Part shown: in pieces, positions 40,269 through 48,286 of the stretch
How the letters are laid out: each line of letters starts with the position of its first letter
Numbering within the stretch: the stretch's first letter is position 1
Source: Candidatus Cloacimonadales bacterium
Lineage (GTDB): Bacteria; Cloacimonadota; Cloacimonadia; Cloacimonadales; JAFGVF01
DNA length: 64,000 bases
Direction: 5' to 3'
Assembly (NCBI GenBank): GCA_963663475.2
Contig: CAXXJV010000001.1
Coordinates: forward strand, 2,144,001-2,208,000
Program-made: the position numbers and the translations under genes
The notes under the pieces: generated by a model
Database searches by the model: none
Seen by the model: the letters and a program-made list of their open reading frames with translations, nothing else
Told to the model about the DNA's origin: nothing

Positions 40269-41542
40269 TGTTGTTAGGAAACAATATCAGATCTAGCTTA
40301 ACTATAATTCTTTCTCATAAGATAAGAACTTTGCTTACCTTATTAGGTCTAATTATTGGTGTGTTAGCAGTTGTTTCCATATTTTCTGCAGTAGATGGTG
40401 TAAAAGTAGCTATCAATACTAGTGTAGGGAATATGGGATGGGATAACTCTTTTACTATTACCACTAAGAGTGATCAAGATGAAACACAGAGGTCAAGTAG
40501 GCGCTGGTGGAGAAGAAGTAGGGATAAAAGAGAAGCTAAACCGATAAATATAAATGATTTTTATACTTTACAGGACCAGCTTGATTCTAAATATATTTAC
40601 GCTATGGTATCAACTACTTCCCATGACCGAAATAGTAAGTATTCCCGATGGACTCAGATAAAGGCTACTAATGTTGATTATTTTAACTTTAAAAAGTATT
40701 ATCTTTTAAAAGGAAGAAATTTCAATAATCTTGATATCAAGAACGAAGCTAATGTTTGTCTTGTCGGAAGCAATTTCTGGCAAGGAAACATGAATTCAGA
40801 TCCTAATATTATAGGGAAAAAATTAACCTTAGGTAATCACAGATTCACAATTATTGGTATTATCGGAGAAGAAGCTGGAAAGAAGAGTGAATTTGATTTT
40901 AATCAGTGGGAGAGACGTTGGGACTTACGTTCTATTTTCATTCCCTTGGAAACAGGAGTAAAATATTACTCTGTAAATCGGGAAATTGAGCAGATATATG
41001 TTCAATCAGATAATGCTAATCTCTTCCTCTATAACAAGAATAAAGCAAGGCAACTACTACTTGCAAATCACAATATGACAGAGTCTTTTACTTTTGTTTC
41101 AGAACCAGAGGACATCTTAAAATTTACTCAGCAACTTAATGATATGTTATCCAAATGGAATACTATCCTAATGGCTATTGCCTCAGTATCACTCTTTGTG
41201 GGTGGTATAGGTTTGTTTTCTACCTTACTAATTTCAATTAGTGAAAGAATGAACGAAATTGGTATAAGAAAGAGTATTGGTGCTTCTGAATTTGATATTT
41301 TTACACTTCTTCTTTCTGAAGCAATAATCTTAACACTTATTGGTGCTACTATAGGAATTTCTATTGCTAAAATTGCAGTTGTACTTCTGGCAAGTGCATT
41401 AAAAGTTCCATTAACATTACCATATACTGGTATATTTGTAGGTTTAGGTTTTGCCTTACTCATTGGCATTATCTCAGGATTATACCCAGCTTATAAGGCT
41501 GCAAAAGTTAATCCTATTGAAGCTGTTTATTACTTTGATTAA
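40268..41542 (+). CDS. ABC transporter permease, MacB/FtsX family
   Basis: HKIRTLLTLLGLIIGV, large periplasmic domain, VGGIG..SERMNEIGIRKSIGA, GLYPA. ATG overlaps the topA stop (TAATG). Confidence 0.9.
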   Translation: MLLGNNIRSSLTIILSHKIRTLLTLLGLIIGVLAVVSIFSAVDGVKVAINTSVGNMGWDNSFTITTKSDQDETQRSSRRWWRRSRDKREAKPININDFYTLQDQLDSKYIYAMVSTTSHDRNSKYSRWTQIKATNVDYFNFKKYYLLKGRNFNNLDIKNEANVCLVGSNFWQGNMNSDPNIIGKKLTLGNHRFTIIGIIGEEAGKKSEFDFNQWERRWDLRSIFIPLETGVKYYSVNREIEQIYVQSDNANLFLYNKNKARQLLLANHNMTESFTFVSEPEDILKFTQQLNDMLSKWNTILMAIASVSLFVGGIGLFSTLLISISERMNEIGIRKSIGASEFDIFTLLLSEAIILTLIGATIGISIAKIAVVLLASALKVPLTLPYTGIFVGLGFALLIGIISGLYPAYKAAKVNPIEAVYYFD

Positions 41543-41553
41543 TAGGAATTATT

Positions 41554-42492
41554 ATGGCAACAAGCAAGAAAAATACTAAAAAAAAACCTCCTCAAAAGAA
41601 AAGTCCAGCAAAAAAAAGCAAGAAAACTAAAAAGACTGAGAAAAAAGTAAAGAAAAGACTTAATTATTCTACTATTGTAATTATACTTATCACATTGGCT
41701 ATCTTCATTTTTCTTAAGACCAGAGATGACAATAAAAGTATGGGTAGTATCGATAGTCTGAACACTCAAGTTCAAACAGAGACTACTACTGGCTTAGATG
41801 CTTATGAATTAGCCTATTATTATCCGACAGCAAATCTGAATAATGGTGGTATTGTTGAACATCTTGCTTATAGCTTAGACTATAATGAAGATCATGAACA
41901 GGCTGATTGGGTTTTATATGAGTTAACAAAAGAAGAAGTACTTAATAAGGCGGTTCCTCGTAAAGATAAGTTTATTAGTGATCCATCTCAATCAATAACT
42001 TCTGCCTCTCCTAAGGACTATTATAAAAGTGGTTACGATAGGGGACATCTATGCCCAGCTGCTGATAATCGTTGGTCTCAACAAGCAATGGAAGAGAGCT
42101 TTTATATGAGTAATATGACGCCCCAACATCCTGATTTAAACAGAAAGATATGGGCTGAATTAGAAAAGCAAGTAAGAGATTGGGCTATTGAGAATGGCAA
42201 AGTTTATGTGGCTACTGGTCCTATTCTAAATGATGGTATCAAAGTTAAAATAGGATCAAATCAGGTATCTGTACCTAATTATTACTACAAAGTCGTTGCT
42301 GATTTATCAGGTGATGAAATAAAAGGTGTTGGTTTTATTTTTTCAAATGGAGAGAATAATGGTCAACTGAAGAACTATGCCTTTCCAATAGATATGATAG
42401 AAGAAAGAACTAACATAGATTTCTTTTATAAATTAGATGATACGATTGAAAAAAAGATTGAAACTGAGTTTAAGATGGAGGATTGGTTCTAA
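41554..42492 (+). CDS. Membrane-anchored DNA/RNA non-specific endonuclease (NucA/EndoG-like)
   Basis: SGYDRGHLCPAAD, FYMSNMTPQ, NRKIWAELE, VPNYYYKV; Lys-rich N-terminus plus a TM helix. Confidence 0.92.
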   Translation: MATSKKNTKKKPPQKKSPAKKSKKTKKTEKKVKKRLNYSTIVIILITLAIFIFLKTRDDNKSMGSIDSLNTQVQTETTTGLDAYELAYYYPTANLNNGGIVEHLAYSLDYNEDHEQADWVLYELTKEEVLNKAVPRKDKFISDPSQSITSASPKDYYKSGYDRGHLCPAADNRWSQQAMEESFYMSNMTPQHPDLNRKIWAELEKQVRDWAIENGKVYVATGPILNDGIKVKIGSNQVSVPNYYYKVVADLSGDEIKGVGFIFSNGENNGQLKNYAFPIDMIEERTNIDFFYKLDDTIEKKIETEFKMEDWF

Positions 42493-43176
42493 ATGAAAAG
42501 GAAAGCTGTTATTTTATTAAGTGGAGGAATGGATAGCTTAGTTACTACTGCTATTGCGAATCAAGAAAATGATGAGTTATATTTTCTGCATGCTAATTAT
42601 GGACAGAAAACTCAGACTAAAGAGCAAGAATGTTTTGATAATTTAGTGCAATACTATTCTCCTAAAGATATTCTGACAGTTGATTTGGAATATCTAGAAA
42701 AAATCGGGGGTACAAGTTTAATAGGTAATAATATGATTGAAGATCATGATCCAGAAAAAGCAAATGAAGTGCCTGCAACTTATGTACCTTTCCGTAATGG
42801 TAACTTGATTGTAATTGCAACTTCTTGGGCTGAAGTTATTGGGGCTCAATCAATATATATTGGCGCTGTAGAAGAAGATAGCTCTGGTTATCCTGACTGT
42901 AGAGAATCTTTCTATCTTGCCCTGAATAAAGCTATCAATCTGGGTACTAAAGATGAAACTGATATTACTATTAAAACCCCTATAATCCATAAAACAAAGG
43001 CAGAAATAGTTAAACTTGGTGAAGAGCTTAAGGCTCCTTTTCAATATTCTTGGTCCTGTTATAGAAATAATGATCTAGCCTGTGGTAAATGTGATTCTTG
43101 TTTTCTCAGATTAAAAGCATTTAAAGAAGCTGGACTTGAAGATCCAATTCCTTATATAAATGATAATAACAAGTAG
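42493..43176 (+). CDS. queC: 7-cyano-7-deazaguanine synthase
   Basis: LSGGMDS, NYGQK, TYVPFRN, SGYPDCR, SCY..CGKCDSCFLR. Confidence 0.95.
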   Translation: MKRKAVILLSGGMDSLVTTAIANQENDELYFLHANYGQKTQTKEQECFDNLVQYYSPKDILTVDLEYLEKIGGTSLIGNNMIEDHDPEKANEVPATYVPFRNGNLIVIATSWAEVIGAQSIYIGAVEEDSSGYPDCRESFYLALNKAINLGTKDETDITIKTPIIHKTKAEIVKLGEELKAPFQYSWSCYRNNDLACGKCDSCFLRLKAFKEAGLEDPIPYINDNNK

Positions 43177-43720
43177 CAAATTTAAGCAAAGTTCATGGTC
43201 TGGTGGAAAAACAAGAGAGCTTTTCATTTACCCACCAGAAAGTAGTTACCCAGCAAGAAATTTTGCTATTAGAATAAGTTCAGCAAGTGTTGATATAGAA
43301 GAATCAAACTTTACTTCACTTCCTAACTACAAACGTGCTTTAATGCTATTGCAAGGGCAATTAGAAATTAAGCATCAAGGTCATTATTCTAAAATTCTTA
43401 ATCCCTTTGAATGCGACTATTTCGATGGTGCTTGGAATACGTCTGCTAGAGGTAAAGTAATTGATTTCAATCTAATGACTTCTAAAACTCTTAAAGGTGA
43501 ATTAAACTACCAAGTAATTAATAAAGAAAGCAAACTGAAATTAGAGAAGAAGGGCAATCAACAGCTGGTAGGAATCTATTTAATACAAGGGAAATTTCAT
43601 TGTTTGGATGAAAAAGAAAGGATGTCTAGTGGAGATCTACTTGTTTTGATTGATAAAGAAGATTCTTTAGAATTGCAAGCATTAGAAGATTCAAAGATAA
43701 TTTATATATTAGTTACTTAG
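43160..43720 (+). CDS. HutD/Ves-family cupin protein
   Basis: WSGGKTREL, RISSASV, FTSLPNYKR, DFNLM. Confidence 0.85.
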   Translation: MIITSSKFKQSSWSGGKTRELFIYPPESSYPARNFAIRISSASVDIEESNFTSLPNYKRALMLLQGQLEIKHQGHYSKILNPFECDYFDGAWNTSARGKVIDFNLMTSKTLKGELNYQVINKESKLKLEKKGNQQLVGIYLIQGKFHCLDEKERMSSGDLLVLIDKEDSLELQALEDSKIIYILVT

Positions 43721-43755
43721 ATTATAAAAAGAATAACATCATAAATACCATAGAC

Positions 43756-43830
43756 TGGGAGCGCTGGCATTCCTGCCTGCACCAAGCTTTTCAAGCTTGG
43801 TTTTTTGGAAGCGAGACGCCCCCCTCCATA
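43756..43830. repeat. Degenerate REP-like inverted pair enclosing a terminator-like hairpin
   Basis: TGGGAGCGCTGGCATTCCTGCCTGC ... ACCAAGCTT-TTC-AAGCTTGGT-TTTTT ... GGAAGCGAGACGCCCCCCTCCATA; a GC-rich island in AT-rich DNA. Confidence 0.6.
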
Positions 43831-44080
43831 AAGACATTATGTTACATCATTTATCATTTTATTAAACCCTTACAGAGTAATATCTTTGGGCTAGCCATCA
43901 TTACCCAGGCTTGCGATACTTTCAGCATCTTACCCTGGGCTAAATTATTTTATCCCTTTCAGTATTTTTTGATGAATCAATTTAGTAATGAAATATTCTC
44001 ATTTTCCTATATTATTCCCACCGACTTGAACTTGAACCATACTTTATTACAGCCAGAATTCTACCATATTAGAAGGAATA

Positions 44081-44111
44081 AAAAAAGAGAAGTTATAAAA
44101 AACTTCTCTTT
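44081..44111 (-). terminator. Intrinsic terminator after the M16 operon
   Basis: AAAGAGAAGTT / AACTTCTCTTT stem with an adjacent A tract. Confidence 0.65.
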
Positions 44112-44131
44112 CTTTATAGTATAACTTTTAT

Positions 44132-46222
44132 TTAAAAGTTGAATGTAGTATCATCAAAATCAACATTAAATTTAATTGATTTATATGAAGTTGTATTAAT
44201 TGGTGTACCATCAATAAGCTTAGTATCAATATCCATTGGACAAAGCACAGAGTCATTCAACTGGTAGTTAGAGAAAGTACTCTTTACTTTCATAACACCG
44301 TTTTGTGTTTCCATAGCTTCAACAGTGAAAGCAGGAAGTCCATTTGCTTTGTTAATCCAAACTTTCATACTAGAGTCTTTGTATTCTAGTTTTAAAATTT
44401 GATATTCTACTTCTTCAACAATCTCATCTTGCAAGTAACCTATAGATAGTTTAGAAGGATCATTTAACCAGCCAAAATAGGAGAAATGTATTTGGTCTAG
44501 GATTGCAGTAAGATTTTCTTGAGGAAGAGGCATATTTCTTCCTGGCATAGATTGGATACCTTTATCAATATTGATAGTAGTAGAAATCTCACCCATAGGT
44601 GATGCTATTTTATCTAAAACCTTATTTGGGAAAAGGATATGAGTTGTTTTATCTAAATTCATATCTCCCATAGGAGTAGATTGAGTAATAGTAGATTTGC
44701 TTGATAATGATTTGATTTCTTTTTTACTCTTAACCTGATTTAGGAATTTTGAAAAGATCTCTTTTCCTTTGGCATAATCAAGAATTTCACCATCCTTGCT
44801 TTCTTTTATGGAGATATCAATAACTTCTACTTTACCAAGTGTCGAAACATCTTCTACGAAATCATCCTTGTTACCTACAAAAAGATATATCAACTCATCA
44901 GGTTTTAGATATTTCTGGGCAACCCTATAGATATCATCTATTGTAACATCTTCAATTTTTTCTTTAAGTATGTTAGCAAAATCTCTATCATAGCCATAAT
45001 AATCATAGTTTTTTATAGCATTTAAGGTGTATTCAGGTTTTTCATATTTGAATACATAAGAATTAAAATAAGAATCTTTAGCAAATTGAAGTTCTTCTTT
45101 AGTTACTTTTTCTTGAGTAATTATTCTAACTTCTTCTACTAGAGTTTGAGCTGCTTCTAAGGTATTCTCAGTTGCTGTTGGTGCTAAAAGGTATAAGGCA
45201 CCTGGAGCATTGAAAGTAGCAGATAAGAAGGCTGCAGGAGAATAGGATAAGCCTTTTTTTACTCTAACAGATTTATAAACTCTACTAGTAAAGCCACCAC
45301 CAAGAATTTCATTTAATAGTTGCATAGCTGGGTAATCATCATCAGAGAAAAGTAAATTTGAACGATGACCTATTAATACCCAAGTTTGACTTGCATCTTT
45401 TTTATCTACAATATAAACATTAGTATCAGAATCTGTTTTTGGCTCTGGTAAAGTAATATTCTTGTATTCTTGTGGAGAATACCAAGTACTAAAATAAAGT
45501 TCTAATTCAGCTTTCATTGCTTCAATATCGAAATCACCATGAACAGTTAAAGTAATGTTTTTTGGATAAAAATATTCTTGATAAAATCTTTGAACATCAT
45601 CACGAGAAATATTATTTACTGTATAAATTTCTTGCTGATAGTTTCTAGGATAGTCTTGTCCAAAGATAATTTTTTGAAATTCTCTAAAAGCAATTGCAGA
45701 AGCTTCATCATTTCTTCTGTATATGTTAGAAATAGTCCTAGTTTTTTCTGTTTCAAATTCTTCTTCATCAAATGTTGGGTTTCTTAAAACATCTGAGAAA
45801 ATAGATAGAGCAAGATCTTTATCTTCAACAAGAGCACTCATATATACAATAGAATGACGTGATGATGCATAACTTCCAAGACTTATAGCATTATCGTTTA
45901 AAATTTCTTTTAAGTCGTCTGCTTGGTATTCTTTAGAGCTTGTTGAAATAGAAGATGAAGCTAATTCTGCTAAACCAATTTTATCCTTAGGGTCTGTTAT
46001 GGTTCCGCTATGAGCTTCAGCTTCAACTCTGATAATTGGTAATCTATTATCAACTAAGAAGTAGACTTTCATACCATTGCTTAATGTGTGAGTAACTACT
46101 TCAGGAACTTTAATCTCATTAAGAGGAGGAAACTTCAATTTATCAACAGGTCTTGCATTATTGGAAGAACAACCAGCTAGTAAGATTACTGCCAATACAA
46201 ATAATAATATTATCTTTTTCAT
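44132..46222 (-). CDS. M16 family peptidase, non-catalytic lipoprotein subunit with C-terminal extension
   Basis: Lipobox LLAGC; no HxxEH; LNEILGGGFTSR..VRVKKGLSY (R/Y motif); about 220-aa extra C-terminal domain. Confidence 0.85.
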   Translation of the reverse strand: MKKIILLFVLAVILLAGCSSNNARPVDKLKFPPLNEIKVPEVVTHTLSNGMKVYFLVDNRLPIIRVEAEAHSGTITDPKDKIGLAELASSSISTSSKEYQADDLKEILNDNAISLGSYASSRHSIVYMSALVEDKDLALSIFSDVLRNPTFDEEEFETEKTRTISNIYRRNDEASAIAFREFQKIIFGQDYPRNYQQEIYTVNNISRDDVQRFYQEYFYPKNITLTVHGDFDIEAMKAELELYFSTWYSPQEYKNITLPEPKTDSDTNVYIVDKKDASQTWVLIGHRSNLLFSDDDYPAMQLLNEILGGGFTSRVYKSVRVKKGLSYSPAAFLSATFNAPGALYLLAPTATENTLEAAQTLVEEVRIITQEKVTKEELQFAKDSYFNSYVFKYEKPEYTLNAIKNYDYYGYDRDFANILKEKIEDVTIDDIYRVAQKYLKPDELIYLFVGNKDDFVEDVSTLGKVEVIDISIKESKDGEILDYAKGKEIFSKFLNQVKSKKEIKSLSSKSTITQSTPMGDMNLDKTTHILFPNKVLDKIASPMGEISTTINIDKGIQSMPGRNMPLPQENLTAILDQIHFSYFGWLNDPSKLSIGYLQDEIVEEVEYQILKLEYKDSSMKVWINKANGLPAFTVEAMETQNGVMKVKSTFSNYQLNDSVLCPMDIDTKLIDGTPINTTSYKSIKFNVDFDDTTFNF

Positions 46223-46224
46223 AA

Positions 46225-47703
46225 CTATTCACCTGCCTTTTCTAAAATACCAACACTTCTATTAGTAGGGATTAAATACTTTTGAGCTACTTTCACGATC
46301 TCATCTTTTCTAAGATTATCAATTTTATCTAGTGAGGAAAAGAAGTCATTATAATCACCAGTAACAACTTCCATCATTCCTATTTGAATAGGTAAATAGA
46401 TACCTGTATCTAATCTTGTTAAATAGCTTTTTTTAGAATTCTTTCTATAAGATGTAAGCTCTTCATCACTAACACCTTTTTCTAAGAAATTAGCTAAAAT
46501 ATTATCAATTTCAGTGATACATTCTTCAACTTCTACACCATTATTAGGGGCAAACATGATACTAAATAAGTTGTCATATTTTGAACCTGGAAGACCTGCA
46601 AATGAATAAGCATAAAGAGCAAGTTTCTTATCATATACCATTGTTTTCATTAAAGGAGATGTTTCTGTCTGACCGAAAATAGCTGCTAAAGCTTCGACAG
46701 CAGTATTGTCTGGATGACTTGCTGCAGGTACATGATAACTAATCATAACCATAGGAGAAGCATCATAATCGATAGTAAAAGTTCTTTCTTCTGTTTGTTC
46801 AGGTTCAAGATCAGTGATAGGGTGAGACTTCTCTCTAGCAGGAATTGTTGATAAGTATTTTTGGGAAAGAGCTATAGCATTTTCTTCCGAAAAATCTCCG
46901 TAGATAATAAAAGTTAAATTATTAGCACCGTAATACTTATTAAAGAAATCTTTAACATCTTGTCGAGTGATTTGTTCAATATCTTCTTTAGCACCGATTG
47001 TAGTGAATCTATATGGATGTACTTTAAAAGCAGTACTCATCATTTCTTTCATTAATTGGCCTTGTGGACTATTAACTTCACGCATAAGTCTTTCATCTAA
47101 GATAACTTGACGTTCTTTATAGAATTCTCTAAACACAGGATTAGTGAATCTATCTGCTTCAAGAGTGTACCATAATTCTAGTTTATTGGAAGGAAGACTA
47201 ATCTGATACATAGTAAAATCTTTAGAAGTACCAGCATTGAAGTTTCTGCCACCATTTTGAGTATAAATTTGACTAAATTCATTGTTAATAACATATTTAG
47301 ATGCTTCTACATCAAGTTCTTCTAATTGAGTTTGGTATTTAGCAACAAGTTCTTCATTTCCGTTTTCTTTGGCTTCTAAAAGAAGTTCAAAAATAGCATC
47401 TTGTTGATCTAAAATTTCTTTTTCTGCTTCATAATCGCTAGTACCAATTGTTTGTGTGCCTTTAAAAGCTAAGTGTTCCAAGAAGTGAGCAATACCTGTT
47501 ATGCCAGGAGTTTCATCAACTCCACCTACATTAGCCATAGTTACACAGTGAACTATTGGAGCAGAGTCGTCCTGTAATAGAAGGACTTTAGCACCGTTTT
47601 TAAGATTGATTTCTTTAACTTGATTGCCTAGATTTTCAAATTCAATAGCTGAGAGTGAAACAAGACAAATTGTTAAGAGAAATAGAATAAATCTCTTCAT
47701 CAT
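46225..47703 (-). CDS. M16 family zinc peptidase (pitrilysin-like), catalytic subunit
   Basis: Signal peptide; TGIAHFLEHLAFKGT (HxxEH); NAGTS; ERQVILDER. Confidence 0.92.
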   Translation of the reverse strand: MMKRFILFLLTICLVSLSAIEFENLGNQVKEINLKNGAKVLLLQDDSAPIVHCVTMANVGGVDETPGITGIAHFLEHLAFKGTQTIGTSDYEAEKEILDQQDAIFELLLEAKENGNEELVAKYQTQLEELDVEASKYVINNEFSQIYTQNGGRNFNAGTSKDFTMYQISLPSNKLELWYTLEADRFTNPVFREFYKERQVILDERLMREVNSPQGQLMKEMMSTAFKVHPYRFTTIGAKEDIEQITRQDVKDFFNKYYGANNLTFIIYGDFSEENAIALSQKYLSTIPAREKSHPITDLEPEQTEERTFTIDYDASPMVMISYHVPAASHPDNTAVEALAAIFGQTETSPLMKTMVYDKKLALYAYSFAGLPGSKYDNLFSIMFAPNNGVEVEECITEIDNILANFLEKGVSDEELTSYRKNSKKSYLTRLDTGIYLPIQIGMMEVVTGDYNDFFSSLDKIDNLRKDEIVKVAQKYLIPTNRSVGILEKAGE

Positions 47704-47713
47704 TAAATCTCCT

Positions 47714-48286
47714 TTATTTTTTTAATTTATCGATAATTTTAGTAGCTTGCCATAAGTCGTTTACAACGAAATGGGGTTTAACATCATATAGATCTCTGTT
47801 TATAAAAGTCTTTTTACCTTCTCCAGATAGGACTAAAATTGTCTTCAAATTGAACTTATGACCAAGTTCAATATCAGAAATTTTATCACCAATCATGAAG
47901 GAATGAGAACTTTTAAAGTTATATTTTGCATAATACTTTTTTAATAAACCAATACCAGGTTTTCTATCCTCATGTGCGATATTATAAGGTTCAACTACAC
48001 CTTTAGGATGGTAAGGTGAGATTAGAATATCATCTAAGTAAGCATGATCTTTCTCAAGTAAGTTCTTTAATCTTTCATGAACTTTACTAAGATCTTCATA
48101 AGTGAAAAAACCTCTAGCGATACCAGATTGATTGGTTACTAAGACAACCTTAAAGCCATTTTTGTTGAAGTAGGAAATAGCTTTTCCTGCCTTGGGGTAA
48201 AGTTGCAAATCATCAGGATTACTTATGTAGCCATCTTCGTCTATATTAATTGTACCATCTCTATCTAAGAAAATTACTTTATTCAT
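47714..48286 (-). CDS. gmhB: D,D-heptose 1,7-bisphosphate phosphatase-like HAD phosphatase
   Basis: FLDRDGTIN, VTNQSGIARG, RKP, MIGDKISD. Confidence 0.8.
   Translation of the reverse strand: MNKVIFLDRDGTINIDEDGYISNPDDLQLYPKAGKAISYFNKNGFKVVLVTNQSGIARGFFTYEDLSKVHERLKNLLEKDHAYLDDILISPYHPKGVVEPYNIAHEDRKPGIGLLKKYYAKYNFKSSHSFMIGDKISDIELGHKFNLKTILVLSGEGKKTFINRDLYDVKPHFVVNDLWQATKIIDKLKK

Noticed and set aside
41554-43176. QueC plus nuclease as an anti-phage or DNA-modification system (Qat, CBASS type IV, Dpd)
   Set aside because: QueC has canonical length and motifs, the nuclease is a membrane-anchored non-specific type, and no TatD, ATPase, cyclase or DpdA partner is present.
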